This document shows positions 53,101 through 64,000 of a DNA stretch of 64,000 nucleotides, piece after piece (the first letter of the stretch is position 1; each line of letters begins with the position of its first letter). Under the pieces are notes generated by a model that searched no databases, had not been told where the DNA came from, and saw only the letters and a program-made list of their open reading frames with translations. The translations under genes were made by a program, and so were the position numbers. The stretch is from Podarcis gaigeae (lineage: Eukaryota), in NCBI GenBank assembly GCA_964106915.2, contig OZ066916.1. The stretch is one strand, 5' to 3'.

Positions 53101-56100
53101 TGGTAACACTATGCAGCTCTGATCACTGACACCTGTCCACTGTTGCTGTATCTACTGTCTGATTGGAAACCTAAGTAATGGAGGGCTCTTTTTCCTACTT
53201 TACATTGCTGACTCTTGTGTGCACCTGGGGGTCTCATGGCGGTTCACAGAATAAAATCAAGATATAAAACCACAAAATACATAATAAAAATAAAAACAAC
53301 AACCCCATAGCCCCTCCCCAAAAGAACACATTTTAAAAGGGCATAGGATGTAAATCAGATCAACCAAAGGCCTGGTTAAAAAGGAGTTTTTGCCTGGCGC
53401 CTGAAGGTGTATAATGAAGGTGCCAGGCGAACTTCCTTGTAGGGAAGTTTTACCTACAGCATGGACAAATCAAAGGAGTTATGGTACACTAATAGTCTGC
53501 ATTGGTTTGCATAAGATGAGCCCTGCTAGATTAGGCCAGTGGCTCATCTAGTCCAGTATCTTCCTCTCACAGTGTCCAATCAGTGCAACAATGGTCTCCC
53601 AGCTTGTATTCCCCAGCAACTAGTATGCATAGGCGTTCTGCCTCTCAGCAGTGGAGGTAGAACTTAGCTGTCTTGACTGGTAGACACGAACAGCCTTTGT
53701 CTCCATTAATTTGTCCTGTCTGGTGCCAGTGGCAGCTGCTTTAGTGTGCCTCTTGGGTGGGCCGGCCCTGGGAGGTGGGCAGGCTAAACCTAACCCTCCT
53801 TCTTTTCTCCCAGAGGATGAAGACCAAGAGAAAGCTGAGGAGAAAACCGAAGTTGAGAGTGGAGGCAAAAAGTCTGCCCCCAAAGGAGCTGGCGGGCAGC
53901 CTTCGAGTCGTGGTGCTTTGGGCAGCCGGGGTGACAGAAGACGGGTGAAGAGTCCTCAAAGGATACATGCGGCAAAGGGGTTGAAACACCCATTTGCCTT
54001 GTATGGCTGGGGAGAAAAACAGACTGATACTGGGAGCCAGAAAACACACAATGTCTGTGCATCCGCTTCTGTGAATGAAGTAAGGCAACTTGAAATATAT
54101 ACTTATGGGTTGTTTTTCTAAGTCCTTGCCCTCCTGCCTGACTCCTTCCTTCACACTTGTAAGGTCAGCCCAGGTTTGTGTTTAATATGCTATACAGTGG
54201 TACCTCGAGTTACAAACGTCTCAGGTTACAAACTCCACTAACCTGGAAGAGTTACCTTGAGTTGAGAACTTTGCCCCAGGATGAGAACGGAAATCGTGTG
54301 CCGGCAGCAAGAGGCCCCATCAGCGAAAGCATGCCTCTAGTTAAGAACAGTTTCAGGTTAAGAACGGACCTCCGGAACGAATTAACTTCGTAACTAGAGG
54401 TACAACTGTAGTTACCGTATTTTTCACCCTATAGCACGCACTTTTTCCCCTCCAAAAATGAAGGGGAAATGTGTGTGTGTCCTATGGGGCGAATGCAGGC
54501 TTTCGCTGAAGCCTGGAGACCGAGAGGGGTTGGTACGCACCGACCCCTCTCGCTCTCCAGGCTTCAGGAGAGCCGCAGTGCCAGCCCCACAAGGTTGGGG
54601 GACAGCGGGGAGGCGGAACGCCGCCATCCTGCTGTCTCCTGATGTGGTTTGGAGGCTGACGGCGGGGAGATGCGTGCTTCTCCCCGCCGCCAGCCCCGCA
54701 AGCTTCGGGGGCAGCTGGGAGGCGCAGCGCGTCTTCCCGCTGTCCCCAGACCTGGTCTGCAGGCGAGCAGCGGGGTGAAGAGTGCTTCTCCCTGCTGCCA
54801 GCCCCACAAGCGCCTGGGGGGGATTTTTTTTTCTTTATTTCCCCCCAAAAAAACTTGGTGCGTCCTATGGGCCGGTGCGTCCTATGGGGCGAAAAATACG
54901 GTAAGTGGGCTAATGTTGTCTTAACTTGCTGCCCTTCTGCTACTGCGCCCATGCTCTGGGCAGCCAACAGATGCCAGCAGACTTTTGACTGTGCATCCCC
55001 AAGGCAGGGAATACTATTGAACCCATCAGCTGTGAAGCTGCCCCTGTGCCAACTCCTCCAAAAGTGCAGGATTTCTCTGTGTAACTTACACAGCTGAAAT
55101 GAACAACTCTTTGGGGTGCCCAGTTTGCCTGTGTGGTTCGGCTGGCCTTGCCTGGTTTTCCGACCCCTTTATTATGCCTATGCACTTACTTGCTTGAGAG
55201 TAAGGAGTAGGGCAGCATCCTGTTTTGGTTTTGTTAGTTGCCTGCCCTCCTTGTGAATTTTGTGTTGTTTTCCATAGCTGGATCCAAGGCCGTTTCTTCC
55301 ATGGTCAGTAGCAATACTCTGAACTGGGTATGGGAGTGGCCTTGCCATGAAGCAGTTGCTTTGGGTCTTTTCTAGTGGATGTATTGCTGTTTGTATTGTA
55401 TCCAGCTAAGTTATTATATGTGTGGAACGACTTCTGCGAGCAGAGTGGAACTTTCCCTCCCTCTGTGTGTTCTCCAAATCTGCTCTATGTTTTTCTCTAA
55501 CCATTCAGAGCAGATTTGAGGGCAGAAAGGAGAGGAGTGTTCAGCTGTGCTCACAGAAGCTATTCCGCATGTACAGTGAATTAGTTGGCTACAACCCCAT
55601 CTTAGATTTCTTACCTGCCCTTCACTATGAGGTCCCCCGGGGCGGGGGGATTACAACAATGAAAAAACAGAATATTAAAAATAGTTTAAGCACACTACAG
55701 TGGTATCTCAGGTTAAGTACTTAATTCGTTCCGGAGGTCCATTCTTAACCTGAAACTGTTCTTAACCTGAAGCACCACTTTAGTTAATGGGGCCTCCTGC
55801 TGCTGCCGCGCCGCCAGAGCACAATTTCTGTTCTCACCCTGAAGCAAAGTTCTTAACCCGAGGTAATATTTCTGGGTTAGCGGAGTCTGTAACCTGAAGT
55901 GTATGTAACCTGAAGCGTATGTAACCCGAGGTACCACTGTACAAGCAAGAGTATAGGGTGGGTCCTTCTATATATCAGGTATCAAAAGCCCCGATGAAGA
56001 GATGTGTCTTCAGCATATGACAAAAATTACACAATGAAGGTGTCAGGAGCACCTCTGTGGGGAGGGAATTCCACAGCTTAGGGGCTGCCCCAGAGGAGGC

Positions 56101-57068
56101 ACTCTCCTAGGCTGCCACCACCTTAAACTTCCAGCGTGGTGCTCCCCAGAGAGCCCCCTCTGCTGATCCTAGCACTTGAGGGGGTCTGCAGGGAAGGAGG
56201 CAGTCTTTCAAATATAGTCACCAAGGCTGCCTGAGCCTCCAGTGACAATGTTGGGTCCAGGAGCATCCCTAAGCTACGGACCTACTCCTTTCAGGGGAGT
56301 GCAGCCCTGTCCAGAAGAAACCATCTCCCCAGACTCAAGAACTGAAAACAACCTATGTGTTTTCATGGCTTCAGCTTCAATTGACTAGTGTGGGTGTGTC
56401 AAAATGGAAGGGAAAGCGGTAGTATCTGATGTCAACATGTTCAAAGCTTGGGATAAATGAGTGGGGGAAGAGCCTGTAGAAATCCATTTGCCACATACAG
56501 GCATCTTCATATTCCGTAAATTGCCCTATTGTACTGAGACACCTACTGGACCTTGTGAATGGAATGTCGGCCATTGATCTTCTGCAATTATATTCCTTGG
56601 TTGATGGTAATGGGCTGTGACATTGTCACTGACATCCTATGCTGTAGTTATGAAGCAGAATCTTCTTCCACTTTGTTTACAGATTATATTGGAACAATAT
56701 TTGCTAACTCTAATTTAATGCAAAGCTTTTGTTTGTTTCTGGCTGCTGTTTCAGTGCTGCTGTGGAAGGAATTCCCGATGCTAGAACAGTTGCCTACCCC
56801 TGTCAGGATATGAGAGAGAATAATCTTTGTAAAACAGCAGGCAGTTAGCATCAAGTGTCCCAAGGCAGAGTGAGCTCAAGTTTAGGTATGGCATAAAAGG
56901 TTGAAAGTACTGATGACACCATCATGGTAGGCTCCTGGTACTTGAATGACATTGGGAAGCTGTAAGTTCTTGCAAAAGTGCTGCTGATCTGTGAAATGTT
57001 AGATTCAGCATAATGTATATTAATGTACTTCTGGCAGCAGTATGGAAGAAATATAAGAAAGGGAGCTA

Positions 57069-57114
<46 letters not shown>

Positions 57115-58199
57115 ATACAGCACGTACTGGTTAAATTTACATATCTCGATTTAGTCTAGCTTAGTGCATTGAAATCAGTAAATCTAAGCTTGTTTTAAAT
57201 GGACATCTGTCATTAAGAGTGAATTACTAAAGTCCCAACAGATACTGGCATTTGCTACTGAATAGAAAAAAAAAACGGCGTTTATAGTAGAGCTTACACA
57301 TATTTATGATTGGATGGCTAAAATATCTGTACACAGCCTAACATGCCTTTGTACAACCTCTGCAGGTTAGTGGATGGCTAAATCCTTCAGCCTCTCAGGT
57401 TAGCAGCTGAGCTTATTGCATTTGTGCTTCATACCCTAACCCAATGCCATGCATACTTACTCACCTTTGAAAAGTTGGTGATTCAATATTGGATGTGCAC
57501 AGCTAATTAGCATGTTTTTTATTTTACTTAGCGTGCACCTGACTTTTCAGTTTGATGAACTTTTCCCAAGCGGCCCTCAAATGAAAGCAAGAATAGATAC
57601 TATCCAATAGTTTAAAAATGGAAATGGTAAATAGCAGAACAGTGTTAGCACATGGAAAGCCACAATAAACCTTAAAAGCAGCAGTAAATATCAGTCTCCG
57701 TTTAGTTAAAAGAGGCAAAATTTAAATGGTTTTTGCCTGGTGCCAAAACCTGACCGTGCCTTGGTTTTCAAACTATTTTGGGAGTCGAACAGACTCCCAT
57801 AACGGATTAAATTCGAGAACCAAGGTATGACTGTAGCAAGATAATAACTGGCATATCAAATACGGTAACTAGACAAAGTTTTGGGATTCTGGATGCTAGT
57901 TGCTTGAAACTACAGGAGGGGAGACTGCTCTTGAGCTAAATCCTGCTTGCAAGTTTCTCACAGGCTACCAAGAATCATCTAGATGGCTACCAAGAATCAT
58001 CTAACACTTAAATATCTCTTGTTAGATCCATGAATCTGCACTGAGAGCGAAGAACAGAAGGCAAGTGGAAAAAAGGAAGCTGTCTCAGAGGCGGATTCAT
58101 TCAGCGGAAGTAGAACAAGCCTGGAGAGCAAAATCTGCTGCACCAGACAACCCCTGGATGACGGAATACATGAGATGCTACTCAGCACGAGCACGGTGA
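49244..58199 (+). CDS. CCSAP: Centriole, cilia and spindle-associated protein (3 coding exons, 257 aa)
   Basis: [68 protein letters not shown] and [19 protein letters not shown]...[15 protein letters not shown] match CCSAP. Exons splice in frame (774 nt). Confidence 0.96.
50552..50688. mobile_element. Palindromic non-autonomous hAT element
   Basis: CAGGTGTGGGGAAC...GTTCTCCACACTTG with nearly full fold-back; 8-bp TSD ccataagg/ccgtaagg. Confidence 0.82.
50940..50966 (+). repeat. (ATT)n microsatellite
   Basis: Direct reading. Confidence 0.9.
51613..51725. mobile_element. Small hAT-type MITE
   Basis: Perfect 16-bp TIR CATGGGTGTAGCCAGG / CCTGGCTACACCCATG; 8-bp flanks accctgag/ggcctgag. Confidence 0.78.
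53190..53445 (-). mobile_element. L2-like LINE 3' end
   Basis: Reverse complement reads ttcgcctggcaccttcattatacaccttcaggcgccaggcaaaaactcctttttaaccaggccttt...gtgaaccgccatgagacc. Confidence 0.65.
53510..53715 (-). mobile_element. CR1 LINE 3' end fragment
   Basis: Reverse-complement similarity to 45760-45993. Confidence 0.65.
53814..54079 (+). CDS. CCSAP: CCSAP second coding exon
   Basis: cttttctcccag|AG...GAA|gtaagg. Confidence 0.93.
54195..54408. mobile_element. Tc1/mariner (Tigger-like) MITE
   Basis: TA|CAGTGGTACCTCGAGTTAC...GTAACTAGAGGTACAACTG|TA. Confidence 0.85.
54415..54901. mobile_element. Tc2-like non-autonomous DNA transposon with an internal GC-rich hairpin array
   Basis: TA|CCGTATTTTTCACCCTATAG...CTATGGGGCGAAAAATACGG|TA, with subterminal repeats gtgcgtcctatggg. 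Confidence 0.8.
55605..56216 (-). mobile_element. L2-like LINE 3' fragment split by the MITE
   Basis: gaagagatgtgtcttcagc...aatgaaggtgtcaggagcacctctgtggggagggaattccacagcttaggggctgcc is typical reverse-oriented L2 3' sequence. Confidence 0.6.
55698..55939. mobile_element. Tc1/mariner MITE, inverted relative to the 54195 copy and inserted in an L2-like fragment
   Basis: TA|CAGTGGTATCTCAGGTTA...GTAACCCGAGGTACCACTG|TA. The internal sequence is the reverse complement of 54195-54408. Confidence 0.85.
57071..57108 (+). repeat. (GT)19 microsatellite
   Basis: Direct reading. Confidence 0.97.
58026..58199 (+). CDS. CCSAP: CCSAP last coding exon
   Basis: ttag|ATC CAT GAA...GCA CGG TGA. Confidence 0.94.
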   Translation: MHESALRAKNRRQVEKRKLSQRRIHSAEVEQAWRAKSAAPDNPWMTEYMRCYSARAR

Positions 58200-59575
58200 T
58201 TCAACATTTGCCTGGACCTGTTTGTTTTTTAAAAAAATCAGAAATAGTGTACGAAAGCAACGGGTGAAGAATTCCAAACTACTTATGCAAGATTTTTAAC
58301 AAAAGGATTTTTCCAGCAGTTTGATATACTTGTTTATATTTTGGCTACTTATCCCTGCAGGAGAGGGAATAATTGATTCCATACTGGTGGGAACTATGCT
58401 TAGCAGTATAGCTTCTTTACAGATTTTTTTTTTTTTAAAGAAGAATATTAAGAGATCTTTCTGTTGACCTTGAGCAGAAAAGCTATGGAATGTTGTAGAA
58501 TGAACTTTTTAAAATGAAAGACCCAGAAGGGTTATTTTGACAATTATTTAGTCCCTCCTTAATCATTAAAACATATGGACCGTAATCCGTGGGAAATTTC
58601 TTGCCCTGATGTTGCATAGAACTCAAAACTTTTCCCTATAGGGGAGCCATAAGGCTTTACAAATCAGGTCTCTAAAAATTATTTGTAGGTGCCATTGTAT
58701 TTTCATGTGATTCTAGTTAAGTTGCTATGATTTTCCTCAGACCGGTACAACTTGAGACCTAGCGAGCCAAATACAGACTTTCTGCCCTCTGTGGATTCAA
58801 TCCAGTGACCACAAAAACAGGGGACTGTTATCTATCTATCTTGCTGTGCAGGCCAGATGTGCAGGCTCTTGCAGCCAGATGTGCAGAAGATTGTATAATT
58901 GGAAATGCTCCATTTTTAGAATTCTGAAAGCTCTTCCCAACTTTTGGTAAATATATAGTGACTTGTTCAGGTTTACATTCCAGTTTTAGGTTTTGTGACC
59001 ATCTGGAACTGGAGATTTTGGTGCAATAGATTAGTAATGTGACGTGTTTATGTTTTTAGCTTTTTAAATTTGCTATCATGAGCCTGTGGTACCAAAATGG
59101 CAGGTGTAGACAATCATTAACTATTAGTTATCAGTACTTTGCAGTTAAGTAACATGGACTTGGTGACAGTGAACAGGGATGTAGATATTTTTAATGCTTT
59201 ATTTGGGTGGATTAAATATGCTTTGTAAAGAGTTGTTAGGTGAGCTTCTGCATAAGTGAAATGTTACAACTATTTCAACTCTTGAATTGAACCTACCAGA
59301 CCAAGTTAGTGTACATTCCAGAGGCATGTTCAGGACTCAAGCAAATTTTGCTATACTTCTCAAGTGTATGACATGCCCCTTATCCCCCCCCCCGACCACC
59401 CAAAAAAGTTGATTTGTGTAATTCAGAGGATGAAGCCATTGGCAATTATGAGAATGTAACAAATCTGTTACAGTTTAAAGTTCGTATCGCATATTGTGAG
59501 ACTACCTGCCATTTTTGTGTGTGTATCAAACACCGAACTGGTGGCTAATAAGCTGCTTAAAATAATCTCCTTATA

Positions 59576-59807
59576 TAGTGAAACCTTGGTTCTCAAACGG
59601 CCATGTTTTTTAACGTTTCGGCTCCCAAACGCCAAAAACCCGGAAGTAAATGCTCCGGTTTTCGAATGTTTTTCGGAAGCCAAATGTCTGACGTGGCTTC
59701 CGCTTGAGTGCAAGAAGCTCTTGCAACAAATCGGAAGCTGTGCCTTGTTTGTCAAACATTTCGGAAGTGAAATGGGTTTCCGGAATGGATTACATTTGAC
59801 AACCAAG
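59576..59807. mobile_element. Degenerate Tigger-like MITE related to 46036-46287 (opposite orientation)
   Basis: tagtgaaaccttggttctcaaacggc...ccggaagt...ttgagtgcaagaagctcttgcaacaaatcggaagc...tttgacaaccaag. Confidence 0.7.
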
Positions 59808-62329
59808 ATTGGATTGTATTTCAAATTATGTTGGCTCCATTCATGTAGGGGTGGTTTTATGCAGCTGGCATTAGTCTCAATCATTAAGACTTAAATAACT
59901 CAAATTTTGGGAAACAGGCTACATCAGGTACTCTCCCCAGAAACTCTGTGGTTACTCAGTGTTTGAGTTCCCTCTTCCATGGTTGCTGCAGGTGGTTTTT
60001 GGCTCTTTTGAGTTCTGCTTTCTTTCCATCTGTAGGCCTGTGGTTGAAACAGTGTTTCCTTCAGTCTTTTTTTAATTTAATCCCTTATCTTCACTTTGCA
60101 AAATTAAAGGACTTCAGTTGTTCATGGCTTTAACATAATAATACATTTCTCTGTCTTTGTTATACAATATTGACTCCTGCCCTGCTTCCAAGGGATACAT
60201 GAAGGACTTGTTTTCTTGTGTCCTAAAGACCACTTTTCTTAAACAACTGGCAGCTTTTTGAAAGTATTTTGGATTCTCTTTTCAAAGGGCTGTTCATGTT
60301 GTCATCTTTTAACTTCCCAGACTATGTTCAGCTAAACTTCTTGTAAGCGAACTGACACATGGATGGACGTTGGAAATTTTGAAGACACTGTTGAAACAAG
60401 GATACTAAAAGTCTGGGTTTTCAGTCTTCCACAAGGATGTGTTGGGTGGCTTAAGTCACTTTTAATTCTGGTAATTTGCAAACGGGGTTTGTGCATATCG
60501 CTGTTGCACATGGAGCATCTGCTTGCTTCTCTGTGTAGAGTGGTTTTTATCTTAACTTTAAGCGATCCCCCCCCCCCCAAACTGGGCATTAATGTGGTGT
60601 TAGAAATGGAGTCTCTTGGACTGCAATCCTAAATGTGTCTACTCAGAAGTCTCATAGAGTTCCAGGCAAATGAGCAAAGGATTGCAGGTGCGTTTCCTGA
60701 CAAAAGCCCTGTTCAGCTGTGATAAAAATCCATAAATATAGCAAGTGAGTGTCGCCCTGTCTCTGTCTCCCTCTGTAAATTGAAGGGCAGGTGTGCAAAG
60801 CGAGGAGCCTGCTTCTACGGGTGAATATTTCCTGTGCATTTTAGAATCCAGGTTTAACAAGATTCTGCATCACTCAAGGAGCCTCCATGCAGGTCCCCCC
60901 CTTTCTTGCATTATATTTTCAGATAGTCCCACCTGAAGAGAGCTAAAGTTGGCAGGAAATGGCAAAACTACCATCCGTACTAGTAAATAAAGAAGCTTAT
61001 TTACAGATGTGTTTACTAAAGCTGGAATTGGTGGTGGTGGGACGACAAATTCTGAGCTGTTCCAGTCTTCTGGGTATAAATAATGCTTTTGCTTTTAATT
61101 TTAAAAATTGTCATGAGAAATACCCCTCTTTCCTTGTTTGAACTTGAGAAGAGTCCTATTTATGGTCCATCTGTCTTCACAAAACTGGCATAGTATCACT
61201 ACCAAATGCATGAAACTGAAATGCACAAATGACACTCATTGTTCCAGCACAGAAAAAAGAAGTATCTGCTGTTACAATTGGACAATTACTTTTGTGAAAC
61301 ATGTTTATGGTGTGACATTGTGCAAAAAAAAAGGTATGCTTTTGTGTATATTTGTACCACCACATTTCTTGCATCACTATCCAGTAACTTCAACAACAAG
61401 CTATTGTTAGCAAGAGTTGCCTTCTCTGTTTTTAAATATCATGGTTATGCTTTTTCTTTTCTTTTTACTTTACCCTCAGGCATCTTGCTTGTACTGAGCC
61501 CTCCTTCACTATTACTGGCAGCTATGTCTTCTGTAAGCATGGAGCAGAATGCTTATTCAGCCCTGGGATTAGACTTCCCCTAGAATTGACCAAATTTGGT
61601 GAGGGTCCACATCCTCCCTGCCTTTTGAAGCTTCTGGGGTTGGCACAATGGTAGCTGTAGTGCTAGACCTGTTGCTTGATGGGAAAATGGCTCTGGCTCA
61701 ACTTCCCTCAGAGTCTTCTCCCACCTTTGAAATGTGTCTCCCCTGCTTGAGCTGCCAGGGCAGACAGGAATATAAGCAATTGAGACCACTTGCATTTTAG
61801 CCTACTGAAAACTGTCTATACCAGATTGGCATTAAATATGGCTTCTAGATGAGAAAGTTACCTTCTTGATGTGGGAGGCAGCATCACCTGAAGCATAAAC
61901 TATCTACTAGTTTGTTTGCATACTCCTGCCTCTTTGAAATATGTTGGTTTGTGACAGGCTAGGAGTACCAAAATGCTGGTGTAATACAAAGAGCAACATA
62001 TAGCCTAAAGCCATAAAGCGCGAGTAACCAGACCAAGCATGGCAGTCTTTTGAGCATGACTGTTTAAGGCCCAGATACTTGAACAGGTTGGGGCTATAAA
62101 CTCTTGACTCTGTTCCTCTATGCTGTTCCTATAATGTAAAGTTAAAGGTACAGGGAAGCTGCCACACTTAGCTTTTGTGAGCACTGAAATCACTTTAGAT
62201 AAAAGCTTGGGGAAAAATAAGCTTGAAGCAATATGTGACTTAGAATGTGTTTTTAAATAGTGTGGTGTTTTTTCTAATGTTCTTGTGTTATTTATATTTA
62301 ATTTTACTTGCCATGACTTTGTACATGTG

Positions 62330-62335
62330 AATAAA
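62330..62335 (+). terminator. Candidate distal CCSAP polyadenylation signal
   Basis: AATAAA preceded by a U-rich tract and TGTA (62320-62323), followed by GT-rich gttgttgtgct. Confidence 0.45.
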
Positions 62336-64000
62336 ATCAATTTGGGGAAAAAAACATTTTGAAAAAGCAGTTGTTGTGCTTTCTTGATAATGGTGAAATA
62401 GGTCTTATGACTCTTATGTAAGTTTTAGGGGCCTCGTGCCTCTGAGTCCTCTCAGTGGGTTGCCACCTTAAGGCTAGTAACTGCAAAAGACCATAGCAGG
62501 AATAGGGAACCTCTGACCTAGAGCCCAAATACAGCTCCCAAGGACACTATTTGGCCTCTGACCAGACCTGCTTGCACCTTCCTTGAGTAGTTTTTGGCTG
62601 GTTGTAATGTGTCCTTCCACTTTGACAACCCCTCTCGGTTTCCTGTAAGATAGAGAGGGATGCATAAGAATGTGTAGAAATTAACCACCTCCCAATCCTT
62701 TTTCTCTCTGCACCATGCATAATTATATTCATCATGTCTCCTCTTTCCCTTTTCGCAAGCTAAAACCTCCCAATTGGCTTTTTGGAACACAGAAACTTTT
62801 CTTCATAGGGGAATTGCTGCACCCTTCCTTGATCATTTTGGCTGCCCTTTCCTGAACCTTCCACCATAGGTTTAGAAAACTATAGTATTTATTCCCACAA
62901 AATGCACCACCTTGGATGGCTTTAAAAGATTAGTCAAATTTGTGGTGAATAAGGCTATGTTTTACCTCAGGCCTGTGGGTTGAATGTGGCCCTCCAGGCC
63001 TCTCTCCCTGTGGCATTCAGAATTCTTCTCAGGCCAGACCCCTCACTGGAACCACAAGTCATTTTGTGTGGCTGAAATGTGTTCTTAAATTCCACTAATT
63101 TCCCTTGTTTTGTCTGGATGGGTGATACGGGTTTTGTGTGTGTTGAAACTAGCCTGCTGTACAAAGGCAAAGGTTACATTGACTCTGGCCACTTTTGCCT
63201 CTGGCTCCATCTACCAATGCAGCATGGGCCTTAAAGGTTGCGCAAACTGGAATGTGGTCATTGGGTTGAAAAATATTCCCCACTATGGACACTAATTTTA
63301 AGCTGCTTTCAGACACAACTGAGCAACACTAGAAATCTAGACACCTCCCTCATACCCTTTATCTTTAGTGGTAGGCCCCTTTCCAGTCAGCAAAACAGTA
63401 AAAGATTGGATGGGCTAAGAAACTCCAAACATACTGGGAAATGCTTAAATGATTACTACATGTAAAGAAGAGGTTTTTAGCGTGCCTATGTGTTTTGAAA
63501 ATCTTAGGGATAAATCGGACTAAGGGGAATGATCCAAGTTTCAAACAAGTGATCAAGTTAGTAGACTCTTACTTTCTGTTTTGGCATAGAATACCAGCTG
63601 TCTGAATAAACATGCCCAATAGGGGCTGTTAAGCCCCCCACCTTGTGGTTGCCAAGGCTTTGTCCCCTAACTGAGCAGAGAACTGTAGCCTTGATGTAAC
63701 AATGCGGAAAGATCTGACCATATATTAATCACCAAGTCTAGCATCTTAACTTACTACTAAGTAGATACAATAGCTCTGAACACCATTTACACTAAGGGGT
63801 TTTTCACCCTTCTGTTTGGTCTGTGACTTCTAGGCATTGATCCGAGAGATTTTTCTTTTCTCCCACTGCTTTCCCAGACAAAACCTGATGTTTACTGCTG
63901 AATCAGAGCAAACGCCATTTGGGTTTTCTGCGGCGTGGCATTTGTTCCGATTGAGCAGTAAACAGCAGGTTTTCCCTGGGAAAGTGGCAGGACAAAAGAA

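Noticed and set aside
54423-54967. Cluster of 90-160 aa ORFs as a possible transposase
   Set aside because: They lie inside a 487-bp non-autonomous element made of GC-rich hairpins, with no DDE or HTH similarity.
62400-64000. 3' end of the expected neighbouring gene (RAB4A by synteny) on the minus strand
   Set aside because: No recognisable RAB4A coding exon is visible, and a UTR cannot be identified from sequence alone.

Overview
Vertebrate genomic DNA, most likely a squamate reptile. Two Sauria SINEs and other lizard-type repeats point to a lacertid-like lizard (inference). Three intron-containing protein-coding genes lie on the + strand in the order known from other amniotes. (1) The 3' part of NUP133: 17 coding exons at 370-20164, with the 5' part outside the window. 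(2) A complete skeletal alpha-actin gene, ACTA1: CArG/M-CAT/TATA promoter at ~28150-28350 and a 377-aa CDS at 30331-33886, with 146 N inside exon 3. (3) A complete CCSAP CDS at 49244-58199 (257 aa) starting in a CpG island. Introns and intergenic DNA are rich in SINEs, L2/CR1 fragments, Tc1/mariner- and hAT-type MITEs, a decayed DIRS remnant and possible solo LTRs. The most striking non-genic signal is a young insertion at 38268-38490, flanked by a target-site duplication (TSD). It is a spacer-less ~90-bp-arm palindrome encoding two back-to-back minimal hammerhead ribozyme motifs of the Penelope-like element type, ~4 kb downstream of ACTA1. Gene and repeat identities come from my recall of the families, not from a database search.
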